From IMG/VR virus record IMGVR_UViG_2518645528_000001: a DNA stretch of 36,496 nucleotides. One strand, written 5' to 3'. Under the pieces are notes generated by a model. The model worked only from the letters and a program-made list of their open reading frames with translations, made no database searches and was not told the DNA's origin. This document shows positions 9,037 through 17,444 of this stretch, piece by piece. Every line of letters starts with the position of its first letter. Positions within the stretch are counted from its first letter, which is position 1. This DNA comes from a virus. A program made the translations under genes and the position numbers.

Positions 9037-9246
9037 TCACAGGCGACAGGGGCAGCGTCTACGTTGCACCCGTTTGTCATTTCTGCAAAGAATCCACTTA
9101 TCAACTTTGTAAAATATCACCGCTCCCGCAAGATTCGCTATCGCTGCTGCCGTCCAGTATCCTGCAAATGCAAAGTATGCAGTTGCCAGAGCCAGGATCG
9201 GGGTGCTCAACTGCCACCTAAGGAGATAGAGAAGAAAGCGGTTCAT
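9037..9246 (-). CDS. Small two-TM membrane protein (69 aa)
   Basis: Hydrophobic hairpin FLLYLLRWQLSTPILALA...AAAIANLAGAVIFY with basic tail; ATGA overlap. Confidence 0.65.
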   Translation of the reverse strand: MNRFLLYLLRWQLSTPILALATAYFAFAGYWTAAAIANLAGAVIFYKVDKWILCRNDKRVQRRRCPCRL

Positions 9247-9380
9247 AGCGGTTTTGGTTCTCCTGTATATTTTCCGTTCTGCAATCTCAAATCGACTATG
9301 AAGCTGCCTTTTGGTATGCTGCCCCTTGGTGCTCTTTTTTTCTCAAGTACAGGCAGCCACTCTTTTCCCAGGAATATCAC
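9243..9380 (-). CDS. 45-aa basic peptide (not in ORF track)
   Basis: GGTGA SD and GTG start; GTGA/ATGA overlaps with both neighbours. Confidence 0.5.
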   Translation of the reverse strand: MIFLGKEWLPVLEKKRAPRGSIPKGSFIVDLRLQNGKYTGEPKPL

Positions 9381-9577
9381 AATGTCACCACTGCCGCATG
9401 GTTGCACTGTATCAGGTGCCCGAAAAGCTCGCCCGGGTATGGCAGGAATCCGTACTGCAGCGCAAAATCAGCCTGACCGCACAACATGATAGCATTGCGT
9501 TCAGGCGTACCGTTCTGACACTGCATTATGAAAATATTGCAATCCGGGACGATATCGTACATCGAGAGCATGATCAC
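9377..9577 (-). CDS. Hypothetical protein (66 aa)
   Basis: Translationally coupled to both neighbours; no motif. Confidence 0.5.
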   Translation of the reverse strand: MIMLSMYDIVPDCNIFIMQCQNGTPERNAIMLCGQADFALQYGFLPYPGELFGHLIQCNHAAVVTL

Positions 9578-9729
9578 ATATTCGCTAACGCATTCCTCAG
9601 TCCTGCAAGTGCAAGACCTGCTAAGAATAGCTCGTAGCCTTTTTCCGCGTTCCCTTCTACCATGACGTAGTACGCAGCGCCTGCAAGTGCAAGACCTGCT
9701 GCAATGTATGTTTTATAGCCTTCTAACAT
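9574..9729 (-). CDS. Holin-like two-TM protein (51 aa, not in ORF track)
   Basis: MLEGYKTYIAAGLALAGAAYYVMVEGNAEKGYELFLAGLALAGLRNALANM*; GGTGA SD and late promoter upstream; AGLALAG repeated at DNA level. Confidence 0.6.
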   Translation of the reverse strand: MLEGYKTYIAAGLALAGAAYYVMVEGNAEKGYELFLAGLALAGLRNALANM

Positions 9730-9761
9730 TTGTATCACCAGGAATAACATTATAATGTGTA

Positions 9762-9780
9762 GTCATAAAGCTGAAAAAAG
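9762..9780 (-). promoter_or_regulatory. Late-promoter motif copy (holin-like gene)
   Basis: CTTTTTTCAGCTTTATGAC, 33 nt before ATG 9729. Confidence 0.65.
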
Positions 9781-9788
9781 CAACAGCT

Positions 9789-10148
9789 TTACAATGTGAA
9801 TTCACACCAGCGTTTCACCTCATCCCCTATAAGCAAGAAATCCCTCTTGTTGGTCAAATCCGCTACTTTTATTTCATTATACGGATCATCCCCTCGGACG
9901 ATGCACACCTCAATTTTATAATTAGTATCTATTGAATTAAAGACATTAGATAATATTCTCAAAACCTCTAATTGAGAATAAGGCATGTGTTCAGTGATGT
10001 GTTTAGATTCGATCAACCGTATAGCTTTTTTAGAGCGTTTGAATTGCAGACAGTCAATATTTATAACAGTCATCTCTTTTGAGAGGCTGTTCAGGTATTT
10101 GTTAAAATCAGAGCCGAAATAATTCCGCTCAGTAAGCGACCGTGACAT
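9789..10148 (-). CDS. PD-(D/E)XK-like nuclease-fold protein (119 aa; start moved to ATG 10148)
   Basis: INIDCLQF...IRLIESK pattern (D...ExK); coupled downstream of methyltransferase. Confidence 0.55.
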   Translation of the reverse strand: MSRSLTERNYFGSDFNKYLNSLSKEMTVINIDCLQFKRSKKAIRLIESKHITEHMPYSQLEVLRILSNVFNSIDTNYKIEVCIVRGDDPYNEIKVADLTNKRDFLLIGDEVKRWCEFTL

Positions 10149-11490
10149 TCTGTACTCTCCTTTGTATAGTCTCGATGTGCGCTGTGTCTTTTTCAATTGC
10201 AATCCCTGTGCGCTGTAGTTTCAATGACATAATTAATGTGGTGCCGCTGCCAGCCATTGGATCTAGTATTGTCTCTCCGGTCTTTGAGAAAGTGTTTATT
10301 AGCGGTTCTAATTCTTCTTCTCCCTGCTGCCATTCATGGTTTTCTTTCTCTCGCCCCGACCCTTTTAGCACGTCCTTGAAAGTCTGATCTATCTTTTTGA
10401 ATGGTGCCTTCTGGAATATCAGTATAGGTTTCCACTGACACACTGCATTACGGGCGTGCACTATCTGAGTGTTTCCGTTATGCACTAAACTAACAGTCCA
10501 GTAATAGATGAGTTCTTTAGATAGGTACTCAAAGACTTTATGTAGATGCAGTTCTCCCGAATACGCAATTAAAAAACCAGACGGCTTTAAAACCTTTTTA
10601 GCAAACACTGCCAGATCTTGCCATAGAACCAGGAACTCAGCAGGGTATGGCGGATCTGTTAGAATCAAGTCTATACTTTCTGGCTCAATGTCGGCATTAC
10701 GGAAATCATCATGAATGATTCTGTATCTTTTAGTTACGGATGAGAGTTCAAGAAGCCTATCAGATTCTGCCTGTTGTCTTGCTTGTTTTTTCTCCTCTTT
10801 TTTTATCTCTTTATAAGCCTCGTTGATAGAAACTTCGCCCTTCAATGCTTTTTGTTTAAGTTCTTCAGGAGCTTTCCTCAATATCTGCAGGCCTTTGGAT
10901 ACTGTTGACTTCCCAATATCTGTTTCTTCGGCTATCTTTTTAGTGGTATTGACTTTGTAAAGAGCCTTTTCCAACATTGGAAAAGGCTCTTTAGACTGTT
11001 GTACTAAATCGAAGTTACCTGTATTAGTTTTAAGTTTTGATTTCGCATGTTCTTTCAATTCGAGAATATCGTGTTTCTTAGAAGCTAGATCAATCTTTAC
11101 CAACGTTAGTATGTTCCTTCTACCAAGCTGATTATTGATTATCCATACCCTGACATCATTCCTATCAGCAAACCCGTTCTTCTCCACGGTTTGAAAAGGA
11201 ATGCTGTGCTTCGTGCAGATCTCATAGCGGTTATGACCATCTATGATTATGCCGTTCCATGTCACGATTGCATCACGACAGCCATCTTCTGTGATATTCT
11301 TTTCAAGTTGTGAGAATTCTTCAAAAGAGAGCGGCGGGATCAGCGACTTAAATTCAGGATCTATACTTAAACGCAAAGATTTAATAGATTCAGTCCCTTC
11401 TATCACTTGCATCACCTCTTTTGTGAGTTGGTGTTGCTGTGTCCGCTGTACGTCCCTGGCAGGTTGGACAGCGGGCGCAATCGTGTTCAA
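10129..11490 (-). CDS. ParB/Srx-like domain fused to beta-class amino (N6A/N4C) DNA methyltransferase (start may be ~11406)
   Basis: N-terminal IIIDGHNRYEIC ParB motif; C-terminal DPPY (motif IV) preceding ILDPMAGSGTT (motif I). Confidence 0.85.
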   Translation of the reverse strand: MNTIAPAVQPARDVQRTQQHQLTKEVMQVIEGTESIKSLRLSIDPEFKSLIPPLSFEEFSQLEKNITEDGCRDAIVTWNGIIIDGHNRYEICTKHSIPFQTVEKNGFADRNDVRVWIINNQLGRRNILTLVKIDLASKKHDILELKEHAKSKLKTNTGNFDLVQQSKEPFPMLEKALYKVNTTKKIAEETDIGKSTVSKGLQILRKAPEELKQKALKGEVSINEAYKEIKKEEKKQARQQAESDRLLELSSVTKRYRIIHDDFRNADIEPESIDLILTDPPYPAEFLVLWQDLAVFAKKVLKPSGFLIAYSGELHLHKVFEYLSKELIYYWTVSLVHNGNTQIVHARNAVCQWKPILIFQKAPFKKIDQTFKDVLKGSGREKENHEWQQGEEELEPLINTFSKTGETILDPMAGSGTTLIMSLKLQRTGIAIEKDTAHIETIQRRVQNVTVAY

Positions 11491-11611
11491 AATCCATTAC
11501 ATGGCGCAAGAGGAGCTCTATATACAGAGACCTGTTAACAAGACCTCTGCGCCTATCTATCTCTATCAGGACTGACTCTTCAAGAGAGTGTCCCGTAATT
11601 ATTTTAACCAT
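11390..11611 (-). CDS. Small RHH-like DNA-binding protein (73 aa)
   Basis: IITGHSLEESVLIEIDRRRGLVNRSLYIELLLR pattern; leaderless start 25 nt after late-promoter TATA. Confidence 0.55.
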   Translation of the reverse strand: MVKIITGHSLEESVLIEIDRRRGLVNRSLYIELLLRHVMDFEHDCARCPTCQGRTADTATPTHKRGDASDRRD

Positions 11612-11635
11612 TCAAGATATTATATGATTGAGAAG

Positions 11636-11655
11636 TATATAAAGCTGAAAAAAAG
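11636..11655 (-). promoter_or_regulatory. Late-promoter motif copy (RHH/ParB-MTase cassette)
   Basis: CTTTTTTTCAGCTTTATATA, 25 nt before ATG 11611. Confidence 0.7.
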
Positions 11656-11656
11656 A

Positions 11657-11851
11657 TTAGAATACTCTGGTCATCACGACAAGTATAATGAAACTGATTA
11701 TCCCGATGCCAGTTTTAAACCTGACCGTACACTTCTCTTCTTCATTCAACCTCTTGCTAATATCACGAAACTGCTTCTTTCCCTCTTCAAGTGATATCAG
11801 CACGGAATCCATTTTTTGATCAAGCCTGATAAGAAGATCGTGATCGTTCAT
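11657..11851 (-). CDS. Coiled-coil plus C-terminal TM protein (holin/XhlA-like, 64 aa)
   Basis: MNDHDLLIRLDQKMD...GIGIISFIILVVMTRVF; ATGA overlap with adaptor stop. Confidence 0.55.
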   Translation of the reverse strand: MNDHDLLIRLDQKMDSVLISLEEGKKQFRDISKRLNEEEKCTVRFKTGIGIISFIILVVMTRVF

Positions 11852-12228
11852 CCGTTCACCTTCCTGAGATACCACCTGTCACGTCTCTGTGTGCCGTGCG
11901 ACATTATGTACGCCTCTATGTTCTTTCCTGCACTCTCGGTGAGCTGTCGTATCGCCTCGTCCGGATCTTCTGAGGTTGAGATATCGCCGATCCTGATCGA
12001 GCTAACAGGCTTGGAGCCGTCAAGCTGCCCTCTGCGGACCACCCCGGCTATCGAGAGCTTCAAGGAGGCTGCTTTCAGGTCATCGTCAGATCCGGGGGCC
12101 GAGATATTCGCAAGCCGAAGCTGTGATACAATATCGCGGTCTGCCTGGTCGATGATCGCCTGGAGTATTGCAGAGGATAGGGGAGAACCAGTCAGGCTCA
12201 CAAGCTCGGCTGTGGTGCTGTATGTCAC
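11848..12228 (-). CDS. Head-tail adaptor protein (126 aa)
   Basis: MTYSTTAELVSL...IIDQADRDI...LKAASLKL pattern of gp6/gp15/gp36-like adaptors; position after capsid genes. Confidence 0.75.
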   Translation of the reverse strand: MTYSTTAELVSLTGSPLSSAILQAIIDQADRDIVSQLRLANISAPGSDDDLKAASLKLSIAGVVRRGQLDGSKPVSSIRIGDISTSEDPDEAIRQLTESAGKNIEAYIMSHGTQRRDRWYLRKVNG

Positions 12229-12392
12229 TTCGGTGCCTCAAGTGCTGTAGCTGTAGCTGCTGCAAGCTCTTTCTCGGACTTGTATGTAGCATCTGCTTTC
12301 TTGTTCGCGGCTATCCTAGTCTGGTCTTGCCAGTATGCTATCCTCTCCTCTTCACTCAATCCAAGACTTTCAAGCTCAGCGTTGGTGGTCAT
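12225..12392 (-). CDS. Small hypothetical protein (55 aa)
   Basis: Overlapping start/stop coupling on both sides. Confidence 0.55.
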   Translation of the reverse strand: MTTNAELESLGLSEEERIAYWQDQTRIAANKKADATYKSEKELAAATATALEAPK

Positions 12393-12844
12393 GTCCCTAA
12401 TTCCCAACCAAGTATCTGATAAAATCGTGCGTTCGTGGTTGACGCGTCTGTATTGGTAATACGAATACGAATGTATCGGCCATATACAACCCTGTCGACG
12501 TTGCGCAGCGCTTCGGTAGCGTTGGTAACATCATCTGACCTCAAGCTCTGGAGCACCCAGTTAACCCCATCATTCGACGCTTCTACATAGAAATAAACTG
12601 AGCCTGCAGTTCGCCAAACCCCCATAAAATAGTGAATGAGATAGACACTAATGCGCCCTGTATCTATTCCAACGATACCAACGGCACCGCCAGCGACCAA
12701 AGTGGTTACACCAGTACCTGTCACCGTGCTAAAATTTCCGTCAGTACAATTAGCTAAATCGGTTGGGGCTGTGTCCCAACCCGACGCTGTTGGTACAATC
12801 CCTCGAAGGATGTTCACCGGTTTGCTCGCCGTGTAGTCAGGCAT
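12389..12844 (-). CDS. Discoidin/galactose-binding-like beta-sandwich virion protein (151 aa)
   Basis: FYVEASNDGVNW...GRYIRIRI pattern of F5/8-type C domains. Confidence 0.6.
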   Translation of the reverse strand: MPDYTASKPVNILRGIVPTASGWDTAPTDLANCTDGNFSTVTGTGVTTLVAGGAVGIVGIDTGRISVYLIHYFMGVWRTAGSVYFYVEASNDGVNWVLQSLRSDDVTNATEALRNVDRVVYGRYIRIRITNTDASTTNARFYQILGWELGT

Positions 12845-12850
12845 CGTCCA

Positions 12851-13204
12851 TCACCTCTTCACAACGAGTCTACAGTACACACCGCTAAATTTATTGTCAG
12901 CGTCCAGAGTGCCCGCATATCTCACTTTCAGTCTAGTGCCGAGCGTCAGCCCATCTACAGTGATATAATCCGAGGTGGTCGCTGTCGATATCGCTATTCC
13001 GGGATATGTGCGGATAGTTGCGCCTGATGTCGGTTCTATCACATCGAGATAGAACGTGAGTACAGGACTGCCTGTTTTTGTGCCGACCCTGATAAGCACA
13101 TCAGCATGGTTAGCATCGAATACAGTGTGCACAGGCTCGCTTGAGCTGCCTGCAGTCACAGTCGCATTATTCAGTATGAGTGTATCCAGTATTGGTTCTG
13201 ACAT
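12851..13204 (-). CDS. Beta-sandwich virion protein (117 aa)
   Basis: Alternating beta pattern, LGTRLKVRY motif; downstream of major capsid. Confidence 0.5.
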   Translation of the reverse strand: MSEPILDTLILNNATVTAGSSSEPVHTVFDANHADVLIRVGTKTGSPVLTFYLDVIEPTSGATIRTYPGIAISTATTSDYITVDGLTLGTRLKVRYAGTLDADNKFSGVYCRLVVKR

Positions 13205-13237
13205 TTTCTTATAGCCTCCTTCTTGTTTTCGTTTTTT

Positions 13238-13486
13238 TCAATCCCGTCCTTTCAGTTTCCTGATATCCACACCATTCACTTTCGGAAGTGTGTTTGGATC
13301 TACAGGCGTTGTATCTATCAGGTATGTTTCAGGATCGTTCCTGCCTTCACCCTCAATACCCACATTGAGATCTTCAAGCGAGTACTGCTCACCTGTTGCA
13401 GCGAAGCCTGATGAGTCCTTGAGCGCCTGCTCACGCTGACGCTGCCATTCCCCATTCAGTTCCTTGTGAGTTCGTGACGTGATCAT
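13238..13486 (-). CDS. Hypothetical protein (about 82 aa; start moved past terminator hairpin)
   Basis: ORF in track from 13507; internal ATG 13486 follows hairpin/T-tract. Confidence 0.5.
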   Translation of the reverse strand: MITSRTHKELNGEWQRQREQALKDSSGFAATGEQYSLEDLNVGIEGEGRNDPETYLIDTTPVDPNTLPKVNGVDIRKLKGRD

Positions 13487-13494
13487 GTTGTAAG

Positions 13495-13515
13495 AAAAAA
13501 GGGGCACGAAGCCCC
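13495..13515 (-). terminator. Hairpin plus T-tract after major capsid gene
   Basis: GGGGC-TTCGT-GCCCC followed by TTTTTT on minus strand. Confidence 0.55.
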
Positions 13516-13539
13516 TGCCTCCTGCATAGTAGCTTCAGC

Positions 13540-14658
13540 TTATGTCAGCCACTTACATCTAGCAACTGCGTTTGCGTGCAGGTAATTCACGTCACACCGC
13601 ATTGTCACGGTGATGGTGTGCAGCTCTCTCACGATATCGTCTATGCGGTTCACCGTTCTGTCTCTGCGCATCGCTACACCGCAGCCGCGCTTCGCCTCCA
13701 GGACTATTGCACCGGTATCTGTATTGGAGTTGTACTCCCACGGATATGAGCCGTCCACGGTCGAAGAACCGTTATCCGTGACGAACCAGCGCATTCCAAG
13801 GAGCGGTGTTGGAAGCACGCCCTGGATAGTGCCGGATGCACCCGGACCGCCTGCATAATACGGGGTCTGCAGTACAGTGTTCGCCATGAGGTCAGCCTCG
13901 AAATCGCTGTGCATGATGATCGTGTCTGAGAAAAAGCCGTCGTTCTTGTTCAGCTTCTTGGCCTGCCTCAGAACTGACAGCGCCGTGCCCGGAGTTGCGC
14001 CGCCAGTGATCGTGGTCACGTTGCCTGCATTTGTTGCCAGGGCTGTGAGTGCGTCATAGTTGAGCCTGTTCTCAACCGCTGCACCCGCGTAGTAGATCTC
14101 CTCCGCCACAACGTCTACCAGTCCGTCTTCGATCATCTCGAATGATATGCGAGGTTTGACACCATACTTCACTATCGTGAAATCTCGATAGCCGTAGTCC
14201 TGTGTCCTGTCAGGGATTTCAGCGCCCTCAGGGACAACATCAGCGTTGCGCTCGGTCTCGCCGAGGGGCACGCGCAGAGCATTTGACTTGCACGGATACC
14301 ATGCAACCCCTGCGTCTCTGATGACCTTGAATTTCTCAGCGCCTGCAACGACTGTTCTCATGACCTCTTCCTGGATGATCGAGGTTGACTCGATGGCATC
14401 TGTGAGCAGAAGTTCTCTTGCCTGGTATCTGGGAGCTGTCGGATCGTCTGACATGAAATCATCAACCTTGCTTGCGCCCATCTCGACAGGCAGCCTTCTG
14501 ATAATATCTCTGCGTCTCTTGCTGCCAAGTCTCTCGCCTGCATGGTCTATCCTTGCGATCTCAAGCAGTTGCGCTAACAGGCGTACATGCCTGTCCTGTC
14601 CTGCATTCACACTTCTGTGCTGCATTGGTTCTATATTAATTTCTTTCATTTGTATCAC
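13540..14658 (-). CDS. Major capsid protein, HK97-fold (372 aa)
   Basis: Follows scaffold and decoration genes; VPEGAEIP, KYGVKPRISFEMIED and C-terminal VTMRCDVNYLHANAV patterns. Confidence 0.88.
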   Translation of the reverse strand: MIQMKEINIEPMQHRSVNAGQDRHVRLLAQLLEIARIDHAGERLGSKRRRDIIRRLPVEMGASKVDDFMSDDPTAPRYQARELLLTDAIESTSIIQEEVMRTVVAGAEKFKVIRDAGVAWYPCKSNALRVPLGETERNADVVPEGAEIPDRTQDYGYRDFTIVKYGVKPRISFEMIEDGLVDVVAEEIYYAGAAVENRLNYDALTALATNAGNVTTITGGATPGTALSVLRQAKKLNKNDGFFSDTIIMHSDFEADLMANTVLQTPYYAGGPGASGTIQGVLPTPLLGMRWFVTDNGSSTVDGSYPWEYNSNTDTGAIVLEAKRGCGVAMRRDRTVNRIDDIVRELHTITVTMRCDVNYLHANAVARCKWLT

Positions 14659-15123
14659 CTACGCATTATTTGCTGCTGTCAGATGTCCCGGTGCGACTTC
14701 CATGAGTCCGGTTCCGCCGCCTGCAATGTCGTCAATCGCAATGCCTATCTGGTATTTGACCACAGCGACCGCTCCCGCCTCTACCAGCGCTGCAGCACTC
14801 ACTGTTCCTTTGACTGCGTTATCGTTGTCCTCAAGTGCGTCGCCTGCATCTATGCCTGTAGTATCGTCAGCGTTTGCGACGTACACCCAGCAGCCTCTAC
14901 ACGCTACTGCAACCTCATCACCGCTTGAGACGCCGTAGAGAGCAACGCCGATCGGCATTCCTGTCGAGCCTTTGACCGCAGGTATTACCTGCCTGCTCAC
15001 GCCTGACGATTCGAAGGCAACGACCATGCCTGCTGTGATCGCTGCACCTGCTTTGAAATTCTTGATGTTATCCCCGCTGTGGAGGACATGTCTAATTGTT
15101 GGAAATGCGTTTATGTCTGCCAT
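14659..15123 (-). CDS. Capsid cement/decoration protein (DUF2190-like, 154 aa)
   Basis: AGAAITAGMVV...PIGVAL...GDEVAV...IGIAID pattern; between scaffold and major capsid. Confidence 0.75.
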   Translation of the reverse strand: MADINAFPTIRHVLHSGDNIKNFKAGAAITAGMVVAFESSGVSRQVIPAVKGSTGMPIGVALYGVSSGDEVAVACRGCWVYVANADDTTGIDAGDALEDNDNAVKGTVSAAALVEAGAVAVVKYQIGIAIDDIAGGGTGLMEVAPGHLTAANNA

Positions 15124-15125
15124 GA

Positions 15126-16361
15126 TTATTCACCAAAATCCTTTGCGGAGAATGCCGGGAACTCTTCGTTATCCAGCTCGACCGCTGTTCTTTCTGCCGA
15201 CACGGGAGTTGTTATCCTGGTATGGATCACTGGCTGTTTTGAGAGCTCGGCTATCTGCCTCTGAAGTTCTCTTACACGGCCGTCGTGCTCCATCTCGGCT
15301 ACCCGCCTGATCAGGTCTTTGTTCGAGGCCTCAAGCTCTGCTATCTTGGCCTTTGCAGCTTCAAGTTCTGCGGCTGCCTGGTTCGTTTTCTGTTTCTTGA
15401 CTTCCTCAAGCTGCGCCTCTAGTGCAGCAACGTCGGAACCCTTGTTCTTTACCGCCTCGGAAAGTTTTCTTTCCAAGACATCTATAGCGGGGTCTGTACT
15501 TGATCCCCCGGCTCCTTCTTTCTTATCCAGCATGTTTTCACCTTTGGATGAATGTGATACCGCTCCTGCGTTCTCTTTTTCTTTTTCTTTTTCTGCTTTC
15601 ATACCCATGTTCTTCATCATGTCCTGCATGTCCTCATCGATCATGTCAGGATTAGATTTCATGAATCCAAGCATATCTTTCATCTGTTCTTTTGTATATT
15701 CTGCCGTAGTATCAACTCCTTCGTTGAATTTGCATATAGTGCAGGCGCCCTTTCTGACTGTAGCAGCGCCCATAAAAATAAGATCGGTTGCAAGCATCCG
15801 CTTGTTTTCCTTTTCCTTATCCTGCTGCGGATTGATGAACATCTCACTTGAGATATCCGTGATCTTGCCGCGCTTGAGCAGCGTTGATATGTCCTTTCCG
15901 TTCTGCGTCGGGAATATGCGCACATCGCCAAGCCATCTAGCCGGATCTTTCTGGAATCGTGGATTTTCTACGATACCGATTTCATTCGTGAGCGGTAGGC
16001 GGTCGTATATGTCGTGATCCATCTTCACTGTCATGCGCTCGAACTTCATTTTCTCAAGCTCTGATGCAGGGTAGTGAGTGGCTTTCCTGCTGTGCGCATC
16101 AGTCCATGTGCCTTCAGCGATCAGCGTAACGTCATGGAAAATCGTATCGCCTGTTTTCGGATCTTCTGTGAACTTCACGGACTGCTTGAATGCAAGCGCC
16201 ACGGGCTGCTTATTCGGACATGCGCTGTTCTGCTTGCTATTGCCTTCAGCGTCGGCCTGCATCTTCCCACATACTTTCTTAGCGACTTCCTCAGAGTACC
16301 CCTGCTCTTTCATCATGTGCGTTACGCACGCTTCAAAGTCCTGAAATTGTCCTATAGGCAC
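15126..16361 (-). CDS. Prohead protease / scaffold fusion (411 aa)
   Basis: N-terminal protease-like beta domain (VKMDHD, ISSE...FMGAATVRKG), Met-rich linker, long C-terminal coiled coil. Confidence 0.75.
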   Translation of the reverse strand: MPIGQFQDFEACVTHMMKEQGYSEEVAKKVCGKMQADAEGNSKQNSACPNKQPVALAFKQSVKFTEDPKTGDTIFHDVTLIAEGTWTDAHSRKATHYPASELEKMKFERMTVKMDHDIYDRLPLTNEIGIVENPRFQKDPARWLGDVRIFPTQNGKDISTLLKRGKITDISSEMFINPQQDKEKENKRMLATDLIFMGAATVRKGACTICKFNEGVDTTAEYTKEQMKDMLGFMKSNPDMIDEDMQDMMKNMGMKAEKEKEKENAGAVSHSSKGENMLDKKEGAGGSSTDPAIDVLERKLSEAVKNKGSDVAALEAQLEEVKKQKTNQAAAELEAAKAKIAELEASNKDLIRRVAEMEHDGRVRELQRQIAELSKQPVIHTRITTPVSAERTAVELDNEEFPAFSAKDFGE

Positions 16362-16383
16362 ATACTAATATTTTTTGTATGTA

Positions 16384-16404
16384 CTTATATAGCTGAAAAA
16401 AAAG
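16384..16404 (-). promoter_or_regulatory. Late-promoter motif copy (protease/scaffold-capsid operon)
   Basis: CTTTTTTTTCAGCTATATAAG, 23 nt before ATG 16361. Confidence 0.7.
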
Positions 16405-16472
16405 AAGTAGAGTATTTCCCGGGGAATAGAAAAGAGGCACCGCACGAAGTGCGGTTGAGGGTCACTTGCAGC

Positions 16473-16616
16473 TCAATCCTGTGGCATTGATAGGTAATCT
16501 TGATATGCCCAGTAATGATACTTACAGCCGCATTCTCCTCTGCATGGCCTGTATTTGCAGTTGTTCTCCCTGCATGTGCATTTATGGCCAAACTCGTCGA
16601 CTAATTCTTGTTCCAT
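16473..16616 (-). CDS. 47-aa Cys-rich peptide (not in ORF track)
   Basis: MEQELVDEFGHKCTCRENNCKYRPCRGECGCKYHYWAYQDYLSMPQD*; GAGG SD. Confidence 0.45.
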   Translation of the reverse strand: MEQELVDEFGHKCTCRENNCKYRPCRGECGCKYHYWAYQDYLSMPQD

Positions 16617-16622
16617 TTTTCC

Positions 16623-16793
16623 TCATTCCTGTTCGAGCAGCACGACAGCAACTTTCTTACCAGCCCACGCTGCAGGCAGGTACAGGTGAGACGCTGTCTC
16701 GCTGTGCGGCCTAACAACTTTCTCCTGATAGCCATATCCTTCCAGGACGAACTTTTTCTTTATAGAGATTATCTTATCCGCTCCATCTCCCAC
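16623..16793 (-). CDS. DUF2080-like (AbrB-type) small protein (56 aa, not in ORF track)
   Basis: EKVVRPHSETASHLYLPAAWAGKKVAVVLLE matches the archaeal DUF2080 pattern. Confidence 0.65.
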   Translation of the reverse strand: MGDGADKIISIKKKFVLEGYGYQEKVVRPHSETASHLYLPAAWAGKKVAVVLLEQE

Positions 16794-16996
16794 GAGGTAC
16801 GCCAGTGCCTTGGCTCATCCAGCGCCCATTCAAGTATTGCCATTTCTGAGCGCAGGACGTGCATAGCCTCATATTTTGCTTTGAGCAGATCGTAGCGGAT
16901 CAGCCTGTTCTCTTCTGTGCATTCGCTCTTATCAAGTTTTTCGTACTGCTCCCTGAGCTCTGTGAGCTTATCTCTTAGTTCTTTTTCAGATTTCAA
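16769..16996 (-). CDS. Small coiled-coil protein (75 aa)
   Basis: MKSEKELRDKL...ILEWAL; clean heptads. Confidence 0.6.
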   Translation of the reverse strand: MKSEKELRDKLTELREQYEKLDKSECTEENRLIRYDLLKAKYEAMHVLRSEMAILEWALDEPRHWRTSWEMERIR

Positions 16997-17444
16997 AATT
17001 CATCATCTCCTGCTTCTGTTTCTAGCCCCGTCTCACAGGAGTACGGGATCTTGCACCATACATAGCCGCCCTTGATCCTGTAGCCGTGCCTGGTCACTGT
17101 CTTGACCTGCATTTTTACACCCCTATGTCGAATTCTCTCATATCCTTGCGGACTGCGCAGGTAATTGAATGCTCATGTCTCTCTTTCTCTCTCGCCTGGT
17201 CGTCCTCAAAGAAGACATCTTTATTTGGTTTGAAGTTGTTTCTCATTCGTTCATTCCTCCTTGACAGGAATGAGCCTCGCCCCTGGATGTTGACGCATCG
17301 CAGGGGTATTGCTCTTATCCTTAGTGATTACTACGTAATTATCACATATATAGTTATCGCTTGCTTGATAGCTCTGAGCATAGCGATATTACTGAGAGTA
17401 ATAGAAAAAAGAGAAGGACAGGTGTGACACGGACGGGTATTATT

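Noticed and set aside
8752-9489. Long plus-strand ORFs antisense to structural genes (for example 8752-9489, 14246-14938, 15319-16017, 18263-18928)
   Set aside because: Antisense shadows of well-supported minus-strand genes; no SD, promoter or recognisable motifs.
15597-15606. 10-nt match (TTTCATACCC) to the 5' end of spacer 19604-19570 inside the scaffold gene
   Set aside because: No T-rich PAM (preceded by TGC), match stops at 10 nt, coding location; within chance expectation for 36 kb.
16385-16591. 68-aa track ORF
   Set aside because: Runs through the late-promoter motif and a hairpin; a Cys-rich 47-aa ORF in another frame with an SD explains the region better.
17086-17427. 113-aa plus-strand track ORF
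   Set aside because: Overlaps a chain of small minus-strand ORFs plus a promoter and T-tract; no support for plus-strand expression.
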